DNA of 64,000 bases from Zootoca vivipara (taxonomy: Eukaryota), in NCBI RefSeq assembly GCF_963506605.1, contig NC_083277.1, positions 17,484,001 through 17,548,000 on the forward strand, given 5' to 3'. Every line of letters begins with the position of its first letter. The first letter of the stretch is position 1. Of this stretch, positions 1-11,952 are shown one piece after another. The position numbers and the translations under genes are program-made. The notes beneath the pieces are model-generated. The model did no database searches and was not told the origin of the DNA. It saw only the letters and a program-made list of their open reading frames with translations.

Positions 1-2149
1 GCAGTGATTCTGAATTTTGAAAATGTTAGGAATGCTCCCTATCAATCCACTGTACTGTGTCTTTGCGGCCATCTTTTGGAGGGGCAGCAAGAAGTTAAGA
101 AACACACAAACGTCCAATCACAGGCAAGCTAAAATCCTGGATTTCTTCATTGATTCCTATGGGCGGCTCTCACTTCTGCTCCGGTGAGAAGGAAAAAGAA
201 CTTGCACCGAACTGGTTCTGCATTTTTGTTTCATTTTTACAAGTCTATGAGATTTCCCGATAGAGGTAGGTGGAGTAGGCTGAAGCAGACATTGTAGTGG
301 CCGCATTCACATTGTTGTGGGGCATGATGGCACTCTAGTACAGAGTGGATGGAGCATGTCGGGGGGGGGGGAGAGCTACTACTTCTTGAACTAAGCAGAT
401 GGCAGAAGAAGGAGGTCACCAACTAAGCAATTATGGGCATGCAATAAATATCCCAGCAACACCTGGGAATATTTTAGAAACAATGGGAAGGAAGACCACA
501 ATGCCACACAGGAGCTACACATAGTGGGACATGCAATTGCTTATCAACCTGCTTGTTTTACGCTGAAATTTAAAAAGTGTTATACAGTATTTAATCCCTC
601 TGAACCTTCCTTCCTTTCCATTTCCACTCCCACTCCTTAGGTTGCCAGTTTCCTTTCTACTGCTGGTTTGTTTTCCAAAATCTGTGAAAAGTGACTCTGA
701 TACCCAGCAGATTCAGTGGGCTTTGCATTGCGGCCTACTTAGCTTTTCTAAACTGTTCCATAGAATTAAAGCTGGAGCAAACCTTGCAAGCAGTCCAGCC
801 CAACCCCTTGCTTAATACAGAATACTGTATACAGAGCTGTTTAGTCTCTGAGATAGACAGCACTCATCACGACACAGATAATTGGCTCCACTGCTGAACT
901 GCCCTCCTACTGTTTCTAATGTTTAACAAAAATCTGTAACTTAAAACCATGAGATCTAGCTCTGCCGCCTGGGGAATCAGAGAACAAGCCTTTAACATCT
1001 TCTATGTGACAGCCCTAAAGGTACTTGGAATAATGCTACCATGCTTTCCCGACTCTTTCAATACTGCTAACTATCCATGCTGCTGCCCTCTGAACCAAGC
1101 TGTCAGTGCTTACAACCAAGTAGCTATGAAAGCACTTTTGACTCTTTCTTACTGTAGCTGGAACACAGGAAGCTGCCTTATCACGAGTCAGACCATTGGT
1201 CCATCCAGTTCAGTACCATCAGCACTGACTGGCAGCAGCTCTTTGGGGCTTCAGACAGGGTAATTTTTCCAGTCCTATCTGGACATGCCAGGGATTGAAT
1301 CTGGGACCTTCTGCACGCAAAGCAGATGCTCTACCACTTACCTACAGCCTGCCCCCACTTATCCACTTAAGCGCCTTCCGCTTATCCATTTGCTGTTGCC
1401 TTTGCAGCCTAAATCACTGTGCTTATTAATTGCACTGAGTATATTTGGATACTGCTGCCATTGCAAATGCACAGTAGATGGGTCAAGCAAGGCTGATGGA
1501 AATGAGAAAACTGATAATGGTGACGGACCAGGAGACCTGAGCAGTTTAGCAATCTATTCTTTTCTATGTGGCCCATCATGAAAAACAACCGTGCAATACT
1601 GAGTTAAGTTGTGCCGGCTCTCTCCAGCTCACAAAACCTTGACTGTGACATCCAGCAACTGGTATTCAAATGCATTACAGCGGAATACACAGCCATCACG
1701 CCAGCTGGCAAAGGCTTCGTTTCAGCAAAAAGCAGGCTGGCTAACTCACACAAACCTGCAGCGGTAGCCTTCCTTTTTGCACAGGAGAGTAGGCATGGTG
1801 CAGTAGTTTACGAGTGTTAAAACTAGGAGATTGCGGCTCAAAACCCCACTCTGACCAAAGCTCACAGCGTGACCTTGGGCCTCCCAGCGTACTTGACTTG
1901 ACAGGGCTGGTCGTGAGGATAAAATGGGTGCAGGGAGCTCCTTGAGGCAGGATGAAAAAGCGCAGGGTGCAGATCCCTATGTAGCCCTGTTGCATGGTCA
2001 GACCAGAGGTCCATTGTCCCGCTTCCCACAAGAGAAAAAGATGAAAGGGAGAGCGCAAAGCCTTTGGATGCCCCACCCTCGCACGCACAGAGGAGCATCC
2101 CACCTCTAGCAATGACGAACGCCCATAGATGCACCTGACTCCCTCGTGA

Positions 2150-2870
2150 ATCTGCCTCACCCCCATTCCAGAGGCATTTGCAGTTGCTACGGCAACCGAG
2201 GGGGACCCGGACCAGGCACTGGGGGCGCTCCTCCTCCACCTCCATCACCGCGGTTGCCATGGTGCCGAACGCAGCCCCCTCCCGGCCCGCCAGCTGCCCC
2301 CTCCCGCGCCGGACGCCCCATCGGGTCCCCGTCCTTACCGGCTCCGTCACCTCCGTCTCGGTGACCGTCGAAGAGGCTCCCATGGCGGTCGTGGACTCCG
2401 CCATGGCTTGGCTGCCTGCGGCCCTGTCCGCCGTGGCGCCAGTTGCAAGGGGGACGGGGATTCGGAGGGGTCCGGAGCAAACCTCGCCCGGAGCTTTCGC
2501 AGCCTCGGGGGAACCTGCCGGCAGCTGTTCCGACGCGGCGCAGCTCCTCTCCCTCTTTCGTTCTTTTCCTTCCTCCTCCTCCTCCTGCAGGTGCAGCAGC
2601 CTCTCCCTCAGCCGACTTCCGGCCCCGCCACTTCCTACTTCCGCTCAGGAGTCCGTCGCGTTAACTGGTCCCCCGGCTGGGCCCCAGAGTCATTTCCGCC
2701 GTACGCGGCAGGAGGAGGAGGAGAAACGAAAACAACAGATGGCACCGGCGCGCGCGTAGTTAAAGGAACCTCGGGGCTCGCGTTGTTTCGAGAGAGGCCT
2801 GCCCTTTGCTCAGCAAAGTCTGCTTGCGCTGGTGTGGTCGCAGAAGTCGCTCGGCATTGGCTCCCCGCCT
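2150..2870 (-). promoter_or_regulatory. CpG island / PPP1R11 promoter
   Basis: GC- and CpG-rich block over and upstream of exon 1, with several ETS/GABP-type CGGAA(G/A)T motifs on the minus strand (about 2615-2700). Confidence 0.75.
2339..2404 (-). CDS. PPP1R11: PPP1R11 (protein phosphatase 1 inhibitor-3) first coding exon, MAESTTAMGASSTVTETEVTEP; later exons lie left of the window
   Basis: Kozak-context ATG (caagccATGG), 22 codons ending in ...TEP, then a GTAAGG donor in phase 0. Resembles the mammalian N-terminus (MAEAGAGLSETVTETTVTVTTEP) and its exon boundary as I recall them. Lies downstream of and in the same orientation as POLR1H, as in the mammalian MHC. Confidence 0.85.
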
Positions 2871-2889
2871 TTGCCAGGCATTATTTTTA

Positions 2890-2964
2890 ATACTTTGTTG
2901 AGAGAGTCGCCCAGAGTGGCTGGTGAAACCCAGCCAAATGGGTGGGGTATAAATAAATAAAATA

Positions 2965-3015
<51 letters not shown>
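2890..3015 (+). mobile_element. 3' end of L2-like LINE with (TAT)n tail
   Basis: cccagagtggctgg...cccagcc..atgggtggggtataaataaat followed by a (TAT)n run. The same end recurs near 7140, 8200, 17160, 19160, 22510 and 57210. Confidence 0.6.
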
Positions 3016-3016
<1 letters not shown>

Positions 3017-3059
3017 TGGCACGCTTTGGAGACATTTTTGCCATAGCTGCATTAGGGAT

Positions 3060-3600
3060 CGCCGCCTTCCACATGCGCTGCATCAGGAAGATTTTGGGCA
3101 TCGCATAGTCCCAGGCAAAGATGTGCTCTCCCAAACTCCCAGCATGATCTCACTCCTGTCTCGGCAACCAGCATCTACTCTGGCTCGCTCATGTCCACAG
3201 AATGGAAGATGGCACGATCCCCAGGGATCCCCAAGATGGCACAATCCCCAAGGATCCCCAAGATGGCTTTGGGCACCAGGCCTGTCGGCAGACCAACTCT
3301 GTGCTACAAATCTGTCTGCAGTTGTGGCATGAAGGCTAGCAACATCAACCCTGGCCTGTGGGAACCGATTGTGGAGGACCACAGCACCTGGAGACAGGCA
3401 GGCAGGTTGTGTACCTGTAGCAGTGACCAGAGGAGGAATGACCGCTGGGAGGAGCACAGAGAAGAAACACCGTGACGCATCTGCAGCAGCCTTCATTTGC
3501 CTCAGCTGCAACAAAACAGGCCTCTCCCTTACCAGTCTCTACACCCACAGCAGGCGCTGTAACTCTCCAGTGGTTTGACTTCACCCACAATGGTGCGCTC
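3060..3600 (+). mobile_element. Decayed 3' part of an RTE-clade LINE
   Basis: Fragmentary translation (...RYKxVCxxxMK..I....WE....D.S.WR...; FICLSCNK...LYTHSRRC, a C2H2-like end) typical of RTE ORF C-termini, with frameshifts. Confidence 0.6.
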
Positions 3601-4661
3601 CTCCACGGCTCCCAACAGCCTGGTGCCTGAAGGATCACCTCCTTGGGGATCCTGCCATCTTGCATTCTCTGTACATGACCAAGCCCTAAGATTATCGTGG
3701 TTTAATCATCCATGGATTCAAAAATCTTTACTAGACCATAGAAGCTCATGCCACAACAAGTCTCCTTTGTTTCTGCATTGAAACGGTCATAGTGTTGACA
3801 ACTCCTCTAGATATCATGACTATTTTTTTGTTTTATGGGATTTTAATTGGATTTGTTTAAATGCTTGCATTTAAAACTTTGCAGATGCTGCCTCAAGGAC
3901 ATTTTTTGTTGAAAAAGGTTCTACAATAAATTATTGTGGGGTTTTTTTAAATATATATATATGTGTTATGCAAATCATTTTCAGCCTTGGGGGTAGAGAG
4001 GAGCCTAGAAAAACTTTTTTTTTCCATTTGGAATGTAGCATTGGGAAGTTAGGGTACTTCATAACATCAGGAAGTGCCAGGGGCAAAGAAAGAAAGGTAG
4101 GGGCTGTGAAAGAGAGTGAGCACAGGAATCTAGGGCTGCAAGTCTAAGCACACTTCTAAGGGAATACGTCACATTATGCACAATGGAACTTACAGCTGTG
4201 TATTGGGAACATAAGAAGCTGCTCTGTATGGAATCAGACCATTGGTCCGTCTAGCTAAGTATTGTCTATGACAGGCAGGAGTCTTTCTCGGCCTAAATGA
4301 GACATGTTTGGGATGATTTACCTTTGAACCTTTTGCTCGCAAAACACCATCAAACCACAGCTCCTTCCAGAATTGTCTCCTTCTAGAATTGCACAGCAGG
4401 AATATAAGCTACCAAACTTGTGTGGGGTACTGAAACAACACAAGGGACATTTTCAGATTGTTTTGAAGGGTGAGTGGGAAGATTCATGGCAAGGTACAAA
4501 GGCCCATTTAAAAAATATATTTAAGATTAGATAGCAGCAACTCAGCTGCAAGTGTGTAGAATATTATCAGTCAAATCTATCTTTAGGTGACTAGATTCAG
4601 GTAGGTAGCAATGTTGGTCTGACACAGTCGAAATAAAATGAAATGTCCAGTAGCACCTTAG

Positions 4662-5012
4662 TAAGGTAAAGGGACCCCTGACCATTAGGTCCAGTCGTGA
4701 CCGACTCTGGGGTTGCGCGCTCATCTCGCATTATTGGCTGAGGGAGCCGGCATATAGCTTCCAGGTCATGTGGCCAGCATGACAAAGCCGCTTCTGGCAA
4801 ACCAGAGCAGCACATGGAAACGCCGTTTTCCTTACCGCTGTAGCGGTTCCTATTTATCTACTTGCATTTTGACATGCTTTCGAACTCCTAGGTTGGCAGG
4901 AGCTGGTTACCAAGCAACAGGAGCTCACCCCGTCACAGGGATTTGAACCGCCGACCTTCTGATCAGCAAGTCCTAGGCTCAGTGGTTTAACCACAGCGCC
5001 ACCTGGGTCCCT
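4662..5012 (+). mobile_element. Sauria SINE
   Basis: ggtaaagggacccctgaccattaggtccagtcg...ccacagcgccacctgggtccc; 13-bp target-site duplication (TSD) AGTAGCACCTTAG at 4649-4661 and 5013-5025. Confidence 0.9.
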
Positions 5013-5055
5013 AGTAGCACCTTAGAGACCAACTAAGTTTGTTCAGGGTATAAGC

Positions 5056-5191
5056 CAGGCATCCCCAAACTGCGGCCCTCCAGATGTTTTGGCCTACAAC
5101 TGCCATGATCCCTAGCTAACAGGACCAGTGGTCGGGGAAGATGGGAATTGTAGTTCAAAAACATCTGGAGGGCCGAGTTTGGGGATGCCTG
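5056..5191. mobile_element. hAT (Buster/Charlie-type) MITE, 136 bp
   Basis: Terminal inverted repeats (TIRs) CAGGCATCCCCAAACT / AGTTTGGGGATGCCTG; perfect 8-bp TSD GTATAAGC. Confidence 0.9.
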
Positions 5192-6177
5192 GTATAAGCT
5201 TTCGAAGAAGTGTGCATGCACATGATAGCTTTTACCCAGAACAAACTTAGTTGGTCTCTAAGGTGCTACTGGACATTTTTTAAAAAAAATTAGGTGACTG
5301 CTTTCAGTTTTGCCTCAAAGGTCAGGTGCCTTTTACTCATTTATTAGTTTATAATATATGTGTTACATTTATGGCTCAGCCTTAAGACTGGTATCATTTA
5401 CTTTTCAGCAGTGAAGCTGGGCAACATCATTCTCATTTTAACAACAGTTGTGAGATAGTAAGCAACCCTAGGCAAATTGCTAACTTGGAATTCAAATAGA
5501 TATCCCACCTCTCTCATCCCTCCTGTTAGTAACTCATAACAATTTAGATATTTCCAATAAACCTCTCAATAGAGATGTTAAGTGGCTGGCCTCAGATAAC
5601 CCCTGCCCATTGCTCTCCAAGCCACACAAGAGCCAAAGAACCTTGTCATTATCAAAGTAGAAAACATCAAACTGCCATATTATGCAAACTATATATTACA
5701 AGGACTACTGCCTGTGTGTACATCATCATATCACCAATAAACGTCCATAAAAATGGCAACAGTAGTTTCTTTCCCAAATAGGTCTTATCCTAAATAGCAA
5801 ACAAAGTAAATAAAGAGTTCACATGTGATATATCAGTGGTTCAGTGCTCATTTCTTCTCTTTCCAAATTAGATTTTATCTTGAACAATTGCAAACGCAGT
5901 AATAATTAGTCCACTTGTGATAGAGCAGTTCAGTGCTCGGACGTCATTCCAGTAATCCAATGTTTTGTCGCTAAAGAGCTTAGATATCAAGCTTTGTAGT
6001 AAATAATATACAAGAGAAGACAGTATGTAAACAACTTAAAGATGCATGTTTCCATCGGGAGGAGCATAGAAAGAGGACGATGTCCTTCAGTTTGTTAAAC
6101 CTCCTGCTACAGTATTGTATCACGTCATTTGTTAAATGACTGCTATTGTATCATGTATGGGGCTAAATATATAGGTA

Positions 6178-6533
6178 AGGTAAAAGTAAAGGGACCCCTG
6201 ACCATTAGGTCCAGTTGTGACCGACTCTGGGGTTGCAGTGCTCATCTCGCATTATTAGCCGAGGGAGCCGGCGTACAGCTTCCAGGTCATGTGGCCAGCA
6301 TGACAAAGCCGCTTCTGGCAAACCCGAGCAGCACACGGAAACTCCATTTACCTTCCCACTGTAGCGGTACCTATTTATCTACTTGCACTTTGACGTGCTT
6401 TCGAACTGCTAGGTTGGCAGGAGCTGGGACTGAGCAACGGGAGCTCACTGTGTCGCGGGGATTCGAACCGCCAACCTTCTGATTGACAAGCCCTAGGCTC
6501 AGTGGTTTAACCCACAGCGCCACCCGCGTCCCC
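6178..6533 (+). mobile_element. Sauria SINE
   Basis: Same family as 4662-5012; TSD AAATATATAGGTA at 6165-6177 and 6534-6546. Confidence 0.9.
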
Positions 6534-6599
6534 AAATATATAGGTAGTATTCAACTAATTTTTACTCAGAGTAGATTCAGTGGACAGTTGACAGTGCAA

Positions 6600-6765
6600 C
6601 AGACTCTCTAGGGAGTTGGTGAGCTCTCCTTCCTTGGGAGATTTTAAAACAAAGGTTGGATGGCCATCTGTCATGTATGATCTAGTTGAGATTCCTGCAT
6701 TGCAGTGGGCTGGACTAGATGACGCTCAGGTTCCCTTCCAACTCTACGATTCTCTTATTCTATGA
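6600..6765 (+). mobile_element. CR1 LINE 3' fragment
   Basis: ctctccttccttgg...ggactagatga...cccttccaactctacgattct..attctatga, the CR1 3' terminus. Confidence 0.7.
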
Positions 6766-7316
6766 CTCATTGAAACTGATTAACAAGGCTAGACTAGATC
6801 CATTAATTTCAATAGCTCTACTTTTAGTAGAACTTCAGACTAATCGAGTATATCAAATTAGATCCAGATTATGTTGTCCCACTAAACTCAGTAGGAGCCA
6901 TTTTGACCAGAGCCCACCTCTAGCTGTGTAGCCTGATACTTCCATCTTCAGAACCCTGCCTTGACTTCTGTTTCCTTGGTCGCAATGAAGTTGCTGAAAA
7001 GACGATAGATGTAGCCCTTTGTTTCTGTACTTTCAGTAACAATCTGCTGGTGGGAATCATGATAACCAAGAAGAAAACTTTCAATGAGGCAAAGCCGCTC
7101 TTCACCAATTTGATTTTGAGGAGGAGTAGTAGTAGTAGTAGTAATTATTATACCCCACCTATCTGGGCGGCTTCCAACAAAATATCAAGAGTACTCTGAA
7201 AAGGTAGTTAAAGTACAGCAGGCAGGAAATAATCCACATGAGGACCCACCCCCCTATAATAATATTGACCATCAAACAAACAAGATGATGCATATGCAAA
7301 GAAAACCATAAAGTTC

Positions 7317-7322
7317 TTTATT
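7317..7322 (-). terminator. Candidate POLR1H polyadenylation signal AATAAA
   Basis: AATAAA on the minus strand about 180 nt downstream of the POLR1H stop codon. Confidence 0.5.
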
Positions 7323-7499
7323 CTGTGTGGCGTTACAAGGGGAGCGACAGGCACTATGCACGAAATCCCCCATCTCAAGTAACAGAATGTTTCCATGGAA
7401 CTCAAAAAGGACTCCACGGCCACAGTAACAAGGCAAAAATAACCCTTGGAAGTCAAGTTCCTCAGACACAGTGTCCCCCAAACATTTGGGTAAAGCCGA

Positions 7500-7524
7500 T
7501 CAAGAATCTTCCTTTTCCTGGAAC
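7500..7524 (-). CDS. POLR1H: POLR1H last coding exon ((K)FQEKEDS*)
   Basis: Acceptor tttttcacttccag|G TTC CAG GAA AAG GAA GAT TCT TGA; matches the RPA12 C-terminus; phase agrees with the previous exon. Confidence 0.93.
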
Positions 7525-7694
7525 CTGGAAGTGAAAAACAAACACATATGTATTTGTAAGGCCATTCCCCAATGGAACATGCCAACGGAAGCAACTCACA
7601 GAGAATGGTGACTGGATGACAAAGAGAATGGTGTTTTGTAGCACTGCACTCCAAAACTCTTGAGCAACCTCTCCCAGTAGTGTCCATGTAGATA

Positions 7695-7882
7695 CGGTGG
7701 TACCTTGGTTTAAGAAAACAATTGGTTCCGGAAGTCTGTACTTAACCTGAAGCGTACTTAACCTGAAGTGAACTTTCCCGTTGAAAGTAATGGAAAGTGG
7801 ATTCATCCGCTCCAGACGGGTCCGCGGAGTACTTAAACTGAAAATACTCAAACCGAGGCGTACTTAAACCGAGGTATGACTG
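7695..7882. mobile_element. Tigger/pogo-like (Tc1/mariner) MITE in the last POLR1H intron
   Basis: Imperfect TIRs CGGTGGTACCTTGGTTTAAG / CTTAAACCGAGGTATGACTG flanked by TA; a related fragment lies at about 27652-27720. Confidence 0.7.
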
Positions 7883-8194
7883 TACAGTAGAGGAAAGTCA
7901 GGGGTGAGATGGATTCTCACAGGCCCTCAAAAGGCAACCGCCATGGAGATATGCAGATCTTCCCTCAATACCATCTTACGAGACCTACTCTCCAAGAAAC
8001 ATGAGAACCATCATAAAGTGGTATCTCCAGCATTCATCCTAGGGAAGGACAGTGGCACGGCAATAAGAGTGACTGCTATGCATGCATAAGGTCTTCGGTT
8101 CAACCCCCAGCACCTCCATGTAGGGTTGAGAAAGACTCTGGGGAGCTGATGCCAGTCATTGCAGACCAGCTGGGGCTGAATAATAATATAATAA

Positions 8195-8610
8195 TTTATT
8201 ATTTATACCTCGCCCATCTGGCTGGGTTTCCCCAGCCACTCTGGGCAGCTTCCTACAGAAGTATTAAAATACAATAATCTATTAAACATTAAAAGCTTGC
8301 CTAAACAGGGCTGCCTTTAGATGTCCTCTAAAAGTCTGGTAGTTGTTTTTCTCTTTGACATCTGGTGGGAGGGTGTTCCACAGGGCGGGAGCCACTACCG
8401 AGAAGGCCCTCTGCCTGGTCCCCTGTAACTTGGCTTCTCGCAGCGAGGGAACCGCCAGAAGGCCCACGGCACTGGACCTCAGTGTCCGGGCAGAACGATC
8501 TGGCTGGGTTTCCCCAGCCACTCTGGGCGGCTTCCAACAAAAATTTAAAATATGTTAAAATGTCACACGTTAAAAACTTCCCTGAAGAGGGCTGCCTTCA
8601 GATGTCTTCT
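8195..8610 (-). mobile_element. L2-clade LINE 3' fragments (two abutting pieces)
   Basis: Translation RTLRSS..LLAVP....GTRQRAFSVVAPALWNTLP....FRGHLKAALF is a typical L2 ORF2 C-terminus. Confidence 0.8.
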
Positions 8611-9231
8611 AAATGTCAGCTGATACCTGCTGAATCAGAAGGGCCATAGCTCAGAGAGATGGTCCAGGTTCAATCCCCGGCTTCTCCAGGTAGGGCTGCA
8701 AATATACTGTCTGAAACCCTGGATAGCTGCCACCAGTCAATGCAGACCATGCATGGGTAACCTTTGGTGCTCCATACGTTGCTGAACTACAACTCCCATC
8801 AGCCCTAGCAAGCATGGCCAATGGCCACAGATCTGGGGGTGGGGAGGTTCCTTACACCTGGTTTAGGCAACACTGAACTAAATGAACCAAAGGTCTGACA
8901 CAGGAAAAGGCAACTTCCTCGCCTTTGTAGGCAGCTCAGAAGAGTTGAAACCTGCTGCAAAGCCCAGCAGAACCAACAGGGATGCATCTATCTAGGTCCC
9001 AATGGAGACTATTCACCAAGGCAACCCAAGTTCTTTGTCTCAAAACCAGGCTGGATGATGCAGTCTTAATAAAAGTTTGTAGCACATGTTCCTTGGCAAA
9101 TCAGTTTGCTCATGGTGCTAATAATCCAACAGGGGACAAACAAACAAACACATTTTGCAAAGCATGGACAAAGCAAACAGGGTTTCCGAGAAAGGCAAGG
9201 CTCAAACAAGCTGTTAACAGCCTATCCTTAC

Positions 9232-9341
9232 TTGCATCGAACGCAGGTGTAGAAGACCGTCTGCCCTTCATCCGCAGACCTCATCTGCCGCGTATGGTAT
9301 GCCATGCCCTCGTTCCCGCACTGGGGACACTTCCTGTCAAT
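9232..9341 (-). CDS. POLR1H: POLR1H coding exon 3 ([36 protein letters not shown]), TFIIS-like C-terminal zinc ribbon
   Basis: Canonical Q-x-RSADEG motif; acceptor ttcttctctcag and donor gtaagg; 110 nt. Confidence 0.96.
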
Positions 9342-9870
9342 CTGAGAGAAGAAACATAGGATAGATTCAGACCGTGAGGTGGGTTTCTCCATTTGGAATT
9401 TCATTCAGAGAACCCGATTGGGAAAAAGAATATGAAGACATCTAAAATTCCAAGCTCAGCACCCAAATTGCAAATCTGGGAATTACGACTGTGCCCCCAA
9501 CATGTCAGCCAGATTTCATGGGCAGGATTCAAAGTATGTTGCTGTTGTTCAAGATCCACACTGAAAATCCAAAACTCACAGAGAAAATTCTGCACGCCCT
9601 CCGCATTTCGTATTTTAAAAGTGTGCATCTAAGAGTTTAATGTTGGCAGGGTCAGATTTTAAATTCTGTACTCTTTTATATAGCCCACCGTAAACAAGTA
9701 TACCTGCAGGCATGGAACAACAACAGTGTCCTGACAACAAGTTGCATGCCGCCCCACCAGTTCTGAGCTACTTTATTTGAGTTAAAGGAACAAGGATCTT
9801 GGGATGCCTTTGCTACAGACAACTGAATCATTCCAGTATAACACCTACTTTCATTTCCCCATCCACTTAC

Positions 9871-9971
9871 CAATGGTCCCTTGACTGTGCTTCCTTCATC
9901 CTCCATCTTCAAAGAGGTGGAATCTGCACTGTTGAATGTGACGGATGTATGCACAATTCGCATCTCAAAAA
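9871..9971 (-). CDS. POLR1H: POLR1H coding exon 2 (VFEMRIVHTSVTFNSADSTSLKMEDEGSTVKGPL)
   Basis: Acceptor ttcttctctacacag and donor gtaagt; 101 nt keeps the frame; aligns with the RPA12 linker (FE..VV.TSV.F...GP). Confidence 0.92.
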
Positions 9972-10411
9972 CTGTGTAGAGAAGAAACGTATGAGGAATA
10001 ACAGAGAACAGAACTCAAAAATGCAAGCTTAAAAGTCCCTCCTAATACTCTTTACAACAGCCTTCCATTTAATATCTCACCTAGCAGCCACAGGTGTCAA
10101 TGAAATCCAAACAGGCATGTGTAGGGACTTCCATACAGGCAACTGAGAAAGGTAGCAGCTGAGGGACAGATGACTCCATCCCTCCTGTGTTAGCCTGCTG
10201 CATTCTTACGCTGGCTGCATAAGGAGTGGGTTCATCTTCTCAATGCCTGGCATCAAGACAACAGGCCGATGAAGGAAGGGTGCAGCAATTCATACGCACT
10301 TGGCCACTCTTCCATCAGTTCATTTGGTTTTCATGCTAGACTGCTAGTAGTGGACAGGAGAAGGCAATCCTTCATCCACAGCCAGCACAGAAATGCAGCC
10401 TACCAGCCTCT

Positions 10412-10768
10412 TTGTTGTTGTTGTTTAGTCGTGTCCGACTCTTTGTGACCCCATGGACCAGAGCACGTCAGGCATTCCTGTCTTCCACTGCCTCCCACAG
10501 TTTGGTCAAACTCATGTTTGTAGCTTCGAGAACACTGTCCAACCATCTCGTCCTCTGTCGTCCCCTTCTCCTCGTGCCGTCCATCTTTCCCAACATCACG
10601 GTCTTTTCCAGGGAGTCTTCTCTTCTCATGAGGTGGCCAAAGTATTGGAGCCTCAGCTTCACGATCTGTCCTTCCAGGGCTGATTTCCTTCAGAATGGAT
10701 AGGTTTGATCTTCTTGCAGTCCATGGGACTCTCAAGAGTCTCCTCCAGCACCATAATTCAAAAGCATC
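10412..10768 (-). mobile_element. Bov-B LINE 3' fragment
   Basis: IDAFELWCWRRLLRVPWTARRSN..., LRLQYFGHLMRREDSLEK..., and a (CAA)n tail. Confidence 0.9.
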
Positions 10769-11201
10769 AATAGCAGGTTTATTTACAAGGCCATTCTGCA
10801 CTTTCACCAATCTGAGAGCACAGAAAGCATCTCCATTCTTTTTGGGTCCAGGCAAAATCTGTTGCAGGCACCTCAAAATACCAATTTTGTGGAAGAAAAA
10901 CTGGTGACCCCTCCCCCAAAACTTTTCAAGAGGGGCGCATAATTGTTTTTCCTCTTTTAAGGAGAGATTCCTAAAAGTGTTATAGGTACCGGTATTTACA
11001 TAGCGGCTCCACATCTGAAGTTGGGTGAGTGTAGAGATGCAGCCCACAATTATACTTATGCCCACTTCTTGGATGACCACACCAGCCTTCAGGAATTTCT
11101 AAGGTAAACAGACTCAGTCGGAAGTTGAAACTCAACCACACTGCTTGCCTGCCTGCCTGGGGCCTCCTCAGAATGTGTCAGGAAGAGACCAAAGCCCTTA
11201 C

Positions 11202-11331
11202 CTTGCACATCAATGGAGTAAGAGCAACAGGGGCATGTCACCTTGTCCTGGATCCCTGGCAAAGGCAGGACAGTACCACACTCGGGGCAGAAATCGAGTT
11301 CTGATTCAAAGCAGGAGCCGCCTTGTATCAT
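11202..11331 (-). CDS. POLR1H: POLR1H coding exon 1 (MIQGGSCFESELDFCPECGTVLPLPGIQDKVTCPCCSYSIDVQ), N-terminal zinc ribbon
   Basis: FCxxCGxxL...CxxC motif; donor G|GTAAG; upstream acceptor ctcccctcacag (exon begins at 11352). The four exons sum to 130+101+110+25 = 366 nt, i.e. 121 aa plus stop. Confidence 0.93.
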
Positions 11332-11684
11332 AATGACCGAAGTAAGTGGAAACTGTGAGGGGAGAAAAACACACACAAGGTCATGAAAACATCAGCTAGT
11401 CCAAGTGAAAACACATGTCGATGCTTTAGGAAAGGAAGGCTTTGGGAGCCGTTTGTGGTACCTCGTATCCCTTGGGTAACTGCCCAGCTAAATATAGTCC
11501 CATCCATCCACAACTCATCCATTTATCTGGACAATCGCGCACTGTATCACATACATCGTGCAAACTGAAAGTGGATTCCTCCAAGCAGCCATTGTAGCAA
11601 ACTTACAAGGAGTTACAGCTAGGATAAACCCATCCCGGGTAGTCTTGCGGCTAAATAAATAAGAGGAACAAAATAAAAAAAATT

Positions 11685-11870
11685 CCTTCAGTAGCACCTT
11701 AAAGACCAACTAAGTTTTTATTTTGGTATGCGCTTTCGTGTGCATGTACACTTCATCAGATACACTGAAACAGAAGCCACCAGACCCTTATGTATATTCA
11801 GAGGGTGGGGGGTGGGGGTGATGGGAATGGGTGATGGGCTGATAGGAGTGGTAAACCTGGAGAAAGTCCG
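11685..11870 (-). mobile_element. Penelope-like terminal-repeat fragment with a hammerhead-like motif, in POLR1H intron 1
   Basis: cagtagcaccttaaagaccaactaag...gctttcgtgtgcatgtacacttcatcagatac; the reverse complement gives CTGATGA-stem II-GAAA. Confidence 0.65.
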
Positions 11871-11952
11871 CAAACCCCAAAATGACCAGTTTCCTTTCTG
11901 ACTTCTTTTATATCACCATATATGTAAATAAATATGTCGGGTCAGAACTTAC

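Larger units (their letters stand above)
4641..5278. mobile_element. Penelope-like element remnant with inverted terminal arms, interrupted by a SINE and a hAT MITE
   Basis: The arms aaatgtccagtagcaccttagagaccaactaagtttgttc and gaacaaacttagttggtctctaaggtgctactggacattt are reverse complements. The centre holds a decayed hammerhead-like motif. The same end occurs at 11685-11765. Confidence 0.6.

Noticed and set aside
1-2338. PPP1R11 exons 2-3 (KKVEW motif)
   Set aside because: Not found on the minus strand by eye; presumably left of the window.
1862-2890. Long overlapping ORFs (160-193 aa) around the CpG island
   Set aside because: Products of high GC content; only the 22-codon PPP1R11 exon is supported by homology and a splice donor.
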